Below, piece after piece: positions 35,932 to 45,026 of a DNA stretch of 56,228 nucleotides. The notes below the pieces were generated by a model. That model was not told the DNA's origin and searched no databases. It was given only the letters and a program-made list of their open reading frames with translations. This DNA comes from a virus (lineage: Duplodnaviria > Caudoviricetes), in IMG/VR virus record IMGVR_UViG_3300033076_000584, positions 1 through 56,228 of that record, one strand, 5' to 3'. Position 1 is the stretch's first letter. Every line of letters begins with the position of its first letter. Position numbers and translations under genes: made by a program.

Positions 35932-36419
35932 TTGCCAGCACTCCGCCAATCAGGGAAATCATTCTCATCGACCACGCCGTCGCCGTTAGCGTCATAGCGC
36001 AGATCGTTGCGGTACTTTTCCCACGGGGCCAAATCGTCATCGTCATCGCCATCAACCGCCTCGGTCAACTCGACCGGCTCTTCCTTCTTTTCGAAGAATG
36101 TCTCGGTTGGGGCGATAGGCGCTGGGGTCTCCGGTTCGGTGGGCTCTTCAGGCTTTGCGTCACGCGCGTTGGCGTTCAGGCTCAAGCCACCCAGCAAGCC
36201 AACAAACGCCCCCACGATTGTGTTGAAGGCGGGGCCGATGATCTCGAAGACCTTATCGCTGTCCACCACATCGTTCGACACGAACATGCCAGCCACCATT
36301 GCGGCGACCACAACAAGGATGACCATCGCCAAGGTGACGACAGCCATGCGGATCGTGAACTCGATTGTGTCCTCGATGCCCTCTTGCTTACTCTCAAAGC
36401 GATCCCAGAAGCTCATCAA
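35928..36419 (-). CDS. Holin-like 2-TM protein with C-terminal EF-hand-like loop
   Basis: Two hydrophobic helices; DANGDGVVDEND; overlaps the endolysin start. Confidence 0.6.
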   Translation of the reverse strand: MMSFWDRFESKQEGIEDTIEFTIRMAVVTLAMVILVVVAAMVAGMFVSNDVVDSDKVFEIIGPAFNTIVGAFVGLLGGLSLNANARDAKPEEPTEPETPAPIAPTETFFEKKEEPVELTEAVDGDDDDDLAPWEKYRNDLRYDANGDGVVDENDFPDWRSAGK

Positions 36420-36931
36420 TTATCCCTTTCGGCCAGCGGGTTGGCCAGCGTCTTGGTGATCTTGTCGTTCACCTGCGCTTCCAATTCTTTAACCCGGCGC
36501 TGCTGCTCAATGTCCTGAGCGCGTAGCTCTTGTATAATAGCACGTTGAGATTGCAATGTCTCCCTCTCTGACACTTGGGTCCGAGCGGTCACTGCATCGA
36601 CCGTCTGGCGGGCGCTCATGACGCTACTACCAAGGCTCGAAGAGAGCGACGCAAGGTTGTCCGACAGGTACTTGGTGGTCTCCAAGTTCATGCGGATCAT
36701 GCGCTCGTTGCTGGCCTGCTGCTCCTTCATCTGGGCAAACTCATCGCCCATAGATGCGTAGGTCGCAGTGACCTCCTTCATATTGAGAAACTGCTGATAA
36801 ACTTCAAAACCAGCCCAGAGCGAGCCAGCAGCAGTAGAGAGAGCAGTGAAAACAACAAAAAGCTTACCGCCAGTAAACTTGATGCCACCAATCTCAACTG
36901 AAGTCCCTTCAGTTTTTTCTTCGTCATTCAT
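36416..36931 (-). CDS. Membrane-anchored coiled-coil protein
   Basis: GIKFTGGK-TM-LWAGFEVY, heptad-rich body, ends LANPLA. Confidence 0.65.
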   Translation of the reverse strand: MNDEEKTEGTSVEIGGIKFTGGKLFVVFTALSTAAGSLWAGFEVYQQFLNMKEVTATYASMGDEFAQMKEQQASNERMIRMNLETTKYLSDNLASLSSSLGSSVMSARQTVDAVTARTQVSERETLQSQRAIIQELRAQDIEQQRRVKELEAQVNDKITKTLANPLAERDN

Positions 36932-38465
36932 ATTGGTCCTCCACCATTTCATTCCAGCGCTGATCCTGCCCCTGCATCATGCGGTATAGGGCCAAGTTGG
37001 CGTCTGGTATGCGACGGCCTTTGTAGATGTCTTTGGGTTGATAGAACGGCAGATCAGGGATGCGCGCCTGCGTGTAAGCGCCATAACCAACCGGAACAGT
37101 GCCGAGCTCCGCCATAGTCTCACCGTCTTGACTGTTCACGTCGCCAATGTCTGTCGGCTTATCGACGGCCATCTCGCCTTGCATGCCGAGCAATTCAAGC
37201 TGCTGCGCCTGCCCTGACGGCGTGGTTGTGTCGCTGCCGATCACCGTCGTAATTACAGGCGCGAACGTCGGGCCCTCAGTTGGCTGGATCGAATAGGTCA
37301 CGCCTGCCGTCTCTGTTGTGGTCTGCTCGCCGTACTGCTGTGTGTATTGTGCATCAGCCTGTGCCACAAAAGCCACACTCTGGAGGCTGGCTTGCAAGAC
37401 GGTCTCGCGCGGAAACAGGTCGGCCTCTTCAATTGCCTCCCGCTGAAAGAAGTCTACGTTGCGATCCCGCCGCACCTCAACACTTATGGCTGCCGTCTGA
37501 TCTGGGCCTAACTGCTCTGCGCGCGCGGCTTCAGCGGCCTGCGCCTCTTGCCCAACTGCTTCACTTGCCTGCGCCACTTCTTCATCCGTTGGCGGACTGG
37601 AGGTTTCGATAGCAGACAGGGCCTGAAGTTGATCAGGGCTTAGCGGCTCGTCGTTAGCGTCTTCTGCTTGGCTCTCATCCACCTCTTCCTGCACCGCGAC
37701 GTCATCAGATACGACCTCTTCTTCCTGCACCTCAGCAACGACGACCTCTTCCTGCGCAACCTCTTCGATTACCACCTCCTGCACAGGCTCGCTTTGCGTT
37801 ACCTCTTCAGTGGGGTCGGGCGTGACATCAGGCGCAGGATTAACAGCGTCAGGAACCTGAACAACGGGTTCTGGGGCCGCAACCATCAATATGCCCGACT
37901 GATTTTGCAGGTTCTGAACATTCTGCCCATAGAACAAGCTTACGTTATCAGAGGATGTTGGGCCAGTGATACCGCTCGAAACAGTGTGAAATGTATTGCC
38001 TAAGGTGCCGAAATTAAACTGAATTTTGCCGTCAGAGAAGATGCCGATCTCAAAGGTGTTCGGGTTTTGAGTGCCAAACTCAAACGTATTGTACCAGCCA
38101 AAGATGGCGGACGTACTATCGGTTCGGTAATAAGGATTGCCGCCACTAATCAGGTCAGTCCAGTACCCGTAGATCGTATTGCGCTGCGCCTGCTCAAGCG
38201 GAATGCCGTTGCAGCAAAGGTGATTAGGGCCTTGGAATGAAATAAACCCGTTCGTGGACACCCATGCCGAGGTGTATGTCTGGCCATAATACTCAAATGG
38301 GAAACCAAGCTGGACAAGGCGCGTGCTGTCATCACCCCCATTAAGAGGCGTCATCGTCTGTGGCGAGCCAAGGATCTGCGGCGGAATTAGGCTAGGTGTG
38401 TACTCCTGCGCCCATGCAGGCCACGCGATCAGCGCCGCGAGGAGGACTTTTCTTTTTCGTCCCAT
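36924..38465 (-). CDS. Secreted protein with nidogen(NIDO)-like N-terminal domain and acidic stalk
   Basis: Signal peptide (AWPAWA|Q); DD....LGFPFEYYGQTY....VSTNGFISF...IYGYWTDL...NTFE; E-rich linker; C-terminal PDLPFYQPKDIY. Confidence 0.65.
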   Translation of the reverse strand: MGRKRKVLLAALIAWPAWAQEYTPSLIPPQILGSPQTMTPLNGGDDSTRLVQLGFPFEYYGQTYTSAWVSTNGFISFQGPNHLCCNGIPLEQAQRNTIYGYWTDLISGGNPYYRTDSTSAIFGWYNTFEFGTQNPNTFEIGIFSDGKIQFNFGTLGNTFHTVSSGITGPTSSDNVSLFYGQNVQNLQNQSGILMVAAPEPVVQVPDAVNPAPDVTPDPTEEVTQSEPVQEVVIEEVAQEEVVVAEVQEEEVVSDDVAVQEEVDESQAEDANDEPLSPDQLQALSAIETSSPPTDEEVAQASEAVGQEAQAAEAARAEQLGPDQTAAISVEVRRDRNVDFFQREAIEEADLFPRETVLQASLQSVAFVAQADAQYTQQYGEQTTTETAGVTYSIQPTEGPTFAPVITTVIGSDTTTPSGQAQQLELLGMQGEMAVDKPTDIGDVNSQDGETMAELGTVPVGYGAYTQARIPDLPFYQPKDIYKGRRIPDANLALYRMMQGQDQRWNEMVEDQYE

Positions 38466-39421
38466 GCCGCAGCGGCCTCCTTGCCGATCTTACCCTCAAA
38501 CGGACAGGGGGTGCCTGCCATCTTCATCGCATTAAATACGCGATCATCCTGACAGAGCAGCGACACGGCCGCCACGCGCATCCCCATGTCGTAGAGCGTC
38601 TTAGAGAGTTTCAGAGCCTCGCAGTTCTTGTCGCGGATGGTCTTGCCGCCAGAGATGCCGAGGATCTGCGTCTGGACCGCCCCAGAGACGCCTGTGGTGC
38701 AGAGATCCTGCGAATAGCTCATCATGCTCGGAGCAATGGCTGACGGCGGGGGAGACGTAATCTTCTGGGTCACACTCTGGTTTGAGTTGCTCTCGCTATA
38801 GCTTTTGCTGTCCGAGACGTTCGTGTTCTTGTTGACGTTCGTGCTTTCGGACGTGCTGGTCGACGTGCTCTGGTTCACGTTCGTGTTAACCGAGCGGCTA
38901 TCGTTGATGTTCGTGTTCAGATTGGTGCTCTCGCTGGTCGAGATATTCGTGTTCAGGTTCGTGCTGGTCGACGTGCTGGTCGCCGTGCTGTCATTGAAAT
39001 TGCGGTTCGTGTTCACGCTCGTTGAGGACGACGTGCTTTCATTGAAGTTGCGATTGGTGTTCAGATTGGTGCTGTTAACCGTGCTAGTCGATGTGCTGTT
39101 TATCGACTGGTTTATGGTGCTGGTCGAAACGTCCGTGTTGAAGTTGTTGTTCGTGGCGGTCGATGTGGACGTGTTCTGATTGATGTTCGTCGCCGTGCCA
39201 GACTGGATGTTGTTGTTCGTGTTAACCGACGTGCTGGTCGAGGTATTCACGTTATTGTTGTTGTTCGTCGCGGTGCTGGTCGACGTGTTTACGTTCGTGT
39301 TGGTATTCGTGCTGGTCGCAGTGCTGTTGGTCGTCGTGTCATAGACGTAATTCGTGGTCTGGGCCAGCACGAGACTAGACCAGCCCACAGCGACAAGGGC
39401 CAGATAGCGCTTGTTGACCAT
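38429..39421 (-). CDS. Secreted Asn/Thr/Ser-repeat protein with C-terminal 4-Cys domain (330 aa)
   Basis: Start MVNKRYLALVAVGWSSLVLA|Q; about 200 aa of N/T/S repeats; PPPSAIAP...C..G.S...C...C...TPCP. Confidence 0.75.
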   Translation of the reverse strand: MVNKRYLALVAVGWSSLVLAQTTNYVYDTTTNSTATSTNTNTNVNTSTSTATNNNNNVNTSTSTSVNTNNNIQSGTATNINQNTSTSTATNNNFNTDVSTSTINQSINSTSTSTVNSTNLNTNRNFNESTSSSTSVNTNRNFNDSTATSTSTSTNLNTNISTSESTNLNTNINDSRSVNTNVNQSTSTSTSESTNVNKNTNVSDSKSYSESNSNQSVTQKITSPPPSAIAPSMMSYSQDLCTTGVSGAVQTQILGISGGKTIRDKNCEALKLSKTLYDMGMRVAAVSLLCQDDRVFNAMKMAGTPCPFEGKIGKEAAAAWDEKEKSSSRR

Positions 39422-39422
39422 G

Positions 39423-39584
39423 TTATTTGCCCAGAAGATTGGCGAGCAGCATGATGATCCCGCCCGCGCAAGCAATCAGGATGTGCTCAATGCGCTTGAT
39501 GCGGAGGATGGTTTCCCTCCAGCGCTCTTCTTCCTTGGTCTCGAGAGCCGTAAGTCGGCTATCTACTTCCTTCAGTGAGGCCAC
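39423..39584 (-). CDS. Small coiled-coil + TM protein (53 aa; XhlA/holin-like)
   Basis: Not in track. GTG start, SD GGAGG; MASLKEVDSRLTALETKEEERWRETILRIKRIEHILIACAGGIIMLLANLLGK. Confidence 0.65.
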   Translation of the reverse strand: MASLKEVDSRLTALETKEEERWRETILRIKRIEHILIACAGGIIMLLANLLGK

Positions 39585-39596
39585 CAAAACCCTCCA

Positions 39597-39980
39597 TCAT
39601 TTCAAGTTCCTCAACTTGTAGATGGTCGACAGGTAGACGCCTGTCAGGGTGTCAATCAGGTTAGCGACAGCCCGATTACCCTGACAGATGTCTTCGTGGT
39701 GCTCCTCGATCCATTTAGCATCAGCCTCCAACGCCTTGAGGCAGTCGCTGGGGGTCTCTTTAGGGGCTGGGATAGCCCCGATAAGCTTAAACGCGCCCTG
39801 ATAGGCCTCAACGAGGTTATCTAGGGCATCAATCACATCATCGTAGAATGCGCCCAGAGCCACGTGCTTGGCATAGCTGCCGCGCCCAAATTCTTCGTCT
39901 GCGTCGGAAACACGCCAGTGCTCAAAGTGAGCAAGGTTGCGAGCGTAGAAGACCCGGCTGATCAGTTGTTCAATCATCAC
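39597..39980 (-). CDS. Ferritin/Dps-like four-helix protein (DUF5856-like)
   Basis: HFEHW...SYAKHVALG.FYD......D.LVEAYQG...NLID........YKL..LK. Confidence 0.75.
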   Translation of the reverse strand: MMIEQLISRVFYARNLAHFEHWRVSDADEEFGRGSYAKHVALGAFYDDVIDALDNLVEAYQGAFKLIGAIPAPKETPSDCLKALEADAKWIEEHHEDICQGNRAVANLIDTLTGVYLSTIYKLRNLK

Positions 39981-40594
39981 GCGATCCTCTCAGACGATAG
40001 AATGACAGAAGGTGCTGCCGGGGCCACTGCACCAGCCGCAATGTAGTCCAGCGTGACAGCCGTGTTGGTCGGCAGCCACATGATCTCAATGTACTGGCCA
40101 GCAGTTACTTGCTCATACAGCACGATCTGGAAGAAGGTGTTACCGCCGTCACCCGCCTTGGGGACATTGATGACAGTCGATGAGTTGGCGATGTCCGTGC
40201 CGTTCTTACGGAACCAGATTGTTACGTTGCGGTTGGCTGTATCGCTGTTCGCAAACTGCAAGGACGGCGCAACCATGTAGGTGCCAGCCGCTGCAAAGGT
40301 GATGCGCGTCGGGTTCCCGCTGCCGTTGTTGGTAATCGAGATGCCAGAGCTAAACCCGGTGGTGCCGATCAGGACAGCCGTTGCAGTCGATGTGCTGCCC
40401 GTCTGGTCAATCGTGCTGTACGCCGAAATGTAGGCGCGGCCAGCTAGAGAGTTGTAGGGCAGCGCACTCGCTGAGTTGCCGATGGCAGACGCAGCCACTT
40501 TGCGGCTCTCACCGCCCTGCACGATCTCAAGCAGTTCGGTCCCAGCAAGCGGCGTGGAGGCCGCTGTCATGTCCGTGATTTTGACGTTTGCCAT
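39977..40594 (-). CDS. Structural protein with C1q/TNF-like C-terminal domain
   Basis: MANVKITDM.AA.TPL.GTE...IVQGG anchor; ITF..AGTY....S.QF...IWFRKNG.DI..S. Confidence 0.65.
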   Translation of the reverse strand: MANVKITDMTAASTPLAGTELLEIVQGGESRKVAASAIGNSASALPYNSLAGRAYISAYSTIDQTGSTSTATAVLIGTTGFSSGISITNNGSGNPTRITFAAAGTYMVAPSLQFANSDTANRNVTIWFRKNGTDIANSSTVINVPKAGDGGNTFFQIVLYEQVTAGQYIEIMWLPTNTAVTLDYIAAGAVAPAAPSVILSSERIA

Positions 40595-40625
40595 TAGGGC
40601 CTCCTTAGTGGCGCTATATCATGAG

Positions 40626-43600
40626 TTAATAAACCGGGAAAGCCTGTGTTGGCGGCGTGAAGTTGGACGTGTAGCGAGCTATACCTTTAGTGATGCGGAC
40701 ATCGTCGATGTAGCCGATCCAGCTCTGCGCAGGGATGCCGCTGTCGTTCCAGCCGTTAGCCCACCCCCCAATTGCAGCAAATTGGGTAAGCGAAATAGGA
40801 TATTCACCAAAGGTCGTCGTGGAGCCGTACTGCACCCCATTCACAAAAAGCCTTGCTGACGAATTATTTACAGAAAGGGCCACATGATACCAAGTGTTCG
40901 TGGAGAGAACTGGCCCAGTGATGTTGTAAACCGTACCGCTACGAGCCGGTCTATAGTCAGCGTTAATGCTGCCATCGGGATAGGTGTAAAGCGCCAAGAA
41001 AGCAAAACCTCCGGCAAACACCTCCGTTTCGTTGAAAATTGGGCGGTATCCATTGAGGGTGGTAGGGTAAATCCACGCCTCAACCGTGTACGTGTTACCC
41101 AAGTACATTTGGGGCGTAATTGGGATTTGCAAGCGATCAGCATTACTATTGAACGACGCCGATGATCCACCGAACTTGCTCTGCACAGTGCTGACCTGCG
41201 CATTGCCGACAGTCTCCATGTCGTTGATTGTGGTCGCATCGTATGCGCCAGCGTTCATGCCGTTGACCATCAAGACGGTAGCCGCAGTTGGGTTTGCGGG
41301 AGCAGTTGGCACCGTATAGGATGTGCCTGTATACGCCTGCACACCTTTAAGGATACGAGCGTTAGCTATGTAACCAATGAACGGCTCTTGGATGCTCGAG
41401 AAGAAGTACCCAATCTGCGCGTTTGCATTGCAGTCTACGTTAGACGTAGCCGATTGTAAGACGCGGGAACCATTAAGGTAAAGGTTTATATTTGTCCCGT
41501 CATACACAGCAGCGACATGGCTCCACGCATTAAGCGGAACCGCAACGCCAGAATTATACAAAGTGCCGTTATAGAAAATTAGGTTCCCCGTACTCGTGGC
41601 GAGCGACACCTGCCACGCGCAAGGCGTTGGATCGCCCGCTCGCTTAACGAATATGGTGCGATAAGCAGACCTGTCGCCAGTCGGATATACCCATGCCTCA
41701 AGGGTATACGTTCCTCCAGAGAGAACCATGCTGGGGCCATTAGGAATGCTTACGTAGTCTGCGTTCCCATCAAAGTACATTGACCCGCCGTTGCTTGCGA
41801 TGGTGGCCGTGTAGAAAGGGTCGAAGGATTGGACTGACGTGTTACCTGCAACAGTAAGGGTGAAGTTGTTAGTGCTGTTGTCCCTAAAACTGCCGTTCTG
41901 GCACGTAAGAAGCGACGTATTGGTGATCGCAGTAAGCGGCGATGTGGGCGGCGTGAACGCCCCGGTGTACACTGCCGTACCTTTGACGATACGGAAATTA
42001 GAGATGTAACCGGGGAACGACGTGTTAACCGAAGACCCGCCACTATAGCGACCGCCACCAACAACCGCATCGGTGTTCGTGCAGTTATAAGAGGTGGAGG
42101 ATGTACCTTGGCTAACGCCATTAATCCAAAGGGTCGTTGTTCCCGAGGCACGAGTTACAGCAACATGCGTCCACTGGTTTACATAACTTGTGCCGGACGA
42201 AGCCACGAGGACGCCACCTGAGAAAATGCGAATTACGCTGGAGCTAAATGCGGTCAGCGTAAATCCATCCGAGGCAGCACCGCCTGACCGGCCTTCATAA
42301 ATACCCACATCGCTTGGGTTGCTCGTTGCGTAAATCCAGCACTCAACGGTGTAATCGCCAGTGCCCAACGCAAAAGCAGAGTTGCTCGGTGTTTGGAGGT
42401 AGTCGCCAGAACCATCAAAATAGTTCGACCAGAACCCAGTCGTGTTGAACGGCGAGTTGCCGGTGACGGTTACGTTGCCAAACGGCGTAATGACGAAGTT
42501 GTTCGTGCTGTTATCCGTGAAGGCAGCGTTTTGTAGGGTCAGCAGGGAGGTGCCGCTAATCGCGGTGAGGTTGCTTGTAGGCGGGGTGAAATTGGCGGTA
42601 TAGACTGCTGTGCCTTTGACGACGCGCAGGTTATTGAGATAGCCATCAAAGTTGACGCTAAGGCCGTCAAAAAAAGCACCTATGTAAGAATTGCTTGCAG
42701 AGGCATTGCCGCTTGCCGTTACAGCAGTCCCGCCAACGCCGTTCAAATAAATCTTTAGTGAGCTAGAGGCACGGACAACGGCGACATGTGTCCATGCGTT
42801 AAAAGTTATTGTACCAGATGAGGCGGTTGTTCCTGCACAATTGCAGTCAACCCGATTGGCAATACCTCCAGCGCCATTGCCTTGGCGGATTAGGACGCCA
42901 TTGTTAGCAGAAGTTCGCGTATCGAATATAGGACCGTTATCGTCGGCTGAATTGGTAAAATACGCCCAAAACTCAATAGTAAAATCTCCAGTCCCCATAG
43001 CAAATGCAGCATTGCTGGGGCCAGCTAGGTAGTTGCTTCCGTTACCCGGAAAATACCCAGACCAGTTCGTGATGTCGCTCTGGTTGTAGGTGATGCCCGT
43101 GTATGTCGAAGACAAGAACGGGTTAAAGTCCTGAACCGACGTGTTGCCAAATGACGTGATGGTGAAGTTGTTGGTGCTGGCATCGCGGAAACGATTGCTC
43201 TGGCAGGTAAGGTAAACAGTACCGCTAATCGCCGTAAGGGGCGACGTAGGCGGCGTGAATGCTGCGGTATAAACAGCAGAAGACGTCACTCGAAGGTTGG
43301 AGACATAGCCGTCCATATAGCTGCTTGCGCCGTCCCAGTTCCCTCCCCCGATTAGAGAGCCATTAAACCCCCAGCTAAAAGTCGCAGCGGCGGATACTGT
43401 TGCACTCGCAACCTCAACGCCGTCCCTATACATTTTCACGCTTGTGCCGTTACGCACAGCAGCGAAATGGTACCAAGTCCCTTTGTTGTTCGTTACGTTG
43501 GCGACGAGAAGCTGGTTCGTTCCCGCAGACGGGCTTGAGAAGCCCCCGTTATTCCAAGCAAAGACGAATTTGTCGTTATACGAGGCGCTGTCTGCGTTAC

Positions 43601-44093
43601 TCAGTGTCAAAGCGAGAGCATCGGTAGTCCATGCCCCCCGGTTATTACCAAAAAGAAGTGGGTAGTTTGTAGTACGAGTAGAGACGTACACCCAGCATTC
43701 AATTGTCCAGTTACCGGTGCCAAAATTTAAACTGGAAGAAGACGGGATCGACAGGTAATCCCCTGATCCGTCAAAATAATTCGACCAGTTCGCGCTATAA
43801 GGCGTGAAGCTGCCCTGCGTCGTGTTACCAAGGCGACCAACAGGATTGAATGCGCCGCTGCTGTCTACGAACAGGTTGTTGTTTGCGTTGCCAAGCGACG
43901 TGCTGGAAAGCAGCAGGGAGACGTAATTAAAATACGGATCAGGAACGATATTGGCATTCGGCCACAGGCCCTGTTTCTGCCAGTAAGCGGCTTGGTCAAG
44001 CGTCCACACACCCGGAGCGGAGCCGTATGCAGCAGGCCCCGTAGGAGTTACAGGAATAGCGCGGACAATCCCGCCGGGCCAACGCTCGCTCAT
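40626..44093 (-). CDS. Multi-LamG (concanavalin A-like) tail/receptor-binding protein
   Basis: Five repeats of YFDG.GDYL...(W/F/Y)T(I/V/L)E.W.Y...W.HVA..R....YxNG...GYISN.RI.KG.A.Y...FTPPT. Confidence 0.88.
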   Translation of the reverse strand: MSERWPGGIVRAIPVTPTGPAAYGSAPGVWTLDQAAYWQKQGLWPNANIVPDPYFNYVSLLLSSTSLGNANNNLFVDSSGAFNPVGRLGNTTQGSFTPYSANWSNYFDGSGDYLSIPSSSSLNFGTGNWTIECWVYVSTRTTNYPLLFGNNRGAWTTDALALTLSNADSASYNDKFVFAWNNGGFSSPSAGTNQLLVANVTNNKGTWYHFAAVRNGTSVKMYRDGVEVASATVSAAATFSWGFNGSLIGGGNWDGASSYMDGYVSNLRVTSSAVYTAAFTPPTSPLTAISGTVYLTCQSNRFRDASTNNFTITSFGNTSVQDFNPFLSSTYTGITYNQSDITNWSGYFPGNGSNYLAGPSNAAFAMGTGDFTIEFWAYFTNSADDNGPIFDTRTSANNGVLIRQGNGAGGIANRVDCNCAGTTASSGTITFNAWTHVAVVRASSSLKIYLNGVGGTAVTASGNASASNSYIGAFFDGLSVNFDGYLNNLRVVKGTAVYTANFTPPTSNLTAISGTSLLTLQNAAFTDNSTNNFVITPFGNVTVTGNSPFNTTGFWSNYFDGSGDYLQTPSNSAFALGTGDYTVECWIYATSNPSDVGIYEGRSGGAASDGFTLTAFSSSVIRIFSGGVLVASSGTSYVNQWTHVAVTRASGTTTLWINGVSQGTSSTSYNCTNTDAVVGGGRYSGGSSVNTSFPGYISNFRIVKGTAVYTGAFTPPTSPLTAITNTSLLTCQNGSFRDNSTNNFTLTVAGNTSVQSFDPFYTATIASNGGSMYFDGNADYVSIPNGPSMVLSGGTYTLEAWVYPTGDRSAYRTIFVKRAGDPTPCAWQVSLATSTGNLIFYNGTLYNSGVAVPLNAWSHVAAVYDGTNINLYLNGSRVLQSATSNVDCNANAQIGYFFSSIQEPFIGYIANARILKGVQAYTGTSYTVPTAPANPTAATVLMVNGMNAGAYDATTINDMETVGNAQVSTVQSKFGGSSASFNSNADRLQIPITPQMYLGNTYTVEAWIYPTTLNGYRPIFNETEVFAGGFAFLALYTYPDGSINADYRPARSGTVYNITGPVLSTNTWYHVALSVNNSSARLFVNGVQYGSTTTFGEYPISLTQFAAIGGWANGWNDSGIPAQSWIGYIDDVRITKGIARYTSNFTPPTQAFPVY

Positions 44094-44108
44094 AGTCTGT
44101 TCCTTAAA

Positions 44109-44333
44109 TTAGGGCTCCACTATAGCAGTAGAAGTCGCGCGATCCAAGCGTAGTGTGCCGTCGCAGCATATGCTCCAATCCACACCGGTTTTCTCACCCC
44201 AACTCGGCACGCCGATCTGGACGTTTTTAACTACAAACTCTTTCCCATCCTCAAACACGCGCCACACGTGGTCCTCAGTGCCGCGCCCCGGCATCCCACG
44301 CGACTTGTTAAATCGGATGCAGATCCGAGCCAT
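44109..44333 (-). CDS. Small conserved hypothetical protein
   Basis: IRFNKSRG.PGRGT.DHVWRVFE.GKE; TAATG overlap with the oxygenase. Confidence 0.6.
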   Translation of the reverse strand: MARICIRFNKSRGMPGRGTEDHVWRVFEDGKEFVVKNVQIGVPSWGEKTGVDWSICCDGTLRLDRATSTAIVEP

Positions 44334-45004
44334 TAGATGACTTCGGCCGACGCAGGGCAGAAGGTGGGTGCCGTCTGCTGCACTGTCAGATTGAAATGGA
44401 CGAAGCGGAACGGCTCCTTAGACGCATTACGCCCAAAGCTGTGGGCAAGCCACGCAGGCGCAAACATCATCATGCCCGGCTCAGGCTTGAAGTTGATCAT
44501 CGTGCTGGCCAACGTCGCTTCAGCCGGGTTAGCTTCTGGCAGGCTCATCATGACGCGGGCGGGGCGTGGGTCGTGGATAATCGCGTGCGGCGCACCCTCT
44601 GGCACGTCAAGGAAGTAGAAGCCGACGATAAAGTTACCACCGGGGTGTGCGTGATAGTCCATGGACGAGGTCTGGTAGTGCTCTTGGCACCAGAGCTCAG
44701 TGAAGGCCGTGCTGAAGCCATCCATCGCAAACCCTTGGCTGGCCAGAATGTTCCACGCTGTGCTGCCGATAAACTCGGCAAATGGCTCAATCCTCTCATC
44801 CTCAAGCATGTTCCCAGACATGAGGACGGGGTGGATTTTGTTAGGCTTGTTCTTGCCGTGGACCTGCTTGATGCTCTTTGCCGCAATATCCCTTACAACC
44901 TCAAGAAACTGAGGCTGCTTGGTGATGTAGATCGGCGTTGCGAAGTAGTGAAACTGGTCTAGCGGTGCCTGCTCCGGCTCCGCTGCTTTTTTCTTCCGTG
45001 CCAT
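44333..45004 (-). CDS. Putative 2OG-Fe(II) oxygenase (TIGR02466-like)
   Basis: F.TPIY, W.Q......H.HP....GFYFL..P, DPRP, P.PG....PAWL.H...R....FN. Confidence 0.8.
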   Translation of the reverse strand: MARKKKAAEPEQAPLDQFHYFATPIYITKQPQFLEVVRDIAAKSIKQVHGKNKPNKIHPVLMSGNMLEDERIEPFAEFIGSTAWNILASQGFAMDGFSTAFTELWCQEHYQTSSMDYHAHPGGNFIVGFYFLDVPEGAPHAIIHDPRPARVMMSLPEANPAEATLASTMINFKPEPGMMMFAPAWLAHSFGRNASKEPFRFVHFNLTVQQTAPTFCPASAEVI

Positions 45005-45026
45005 TGGTGCTCCTCAATGGTTAGGT

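Noticed and set aside
38770-39360. CRISPR-like or non-coding repeat array
   Set aside because: The repeats are degenerate, in frame, lack unique spacers, and are explained by the N/T/S protein
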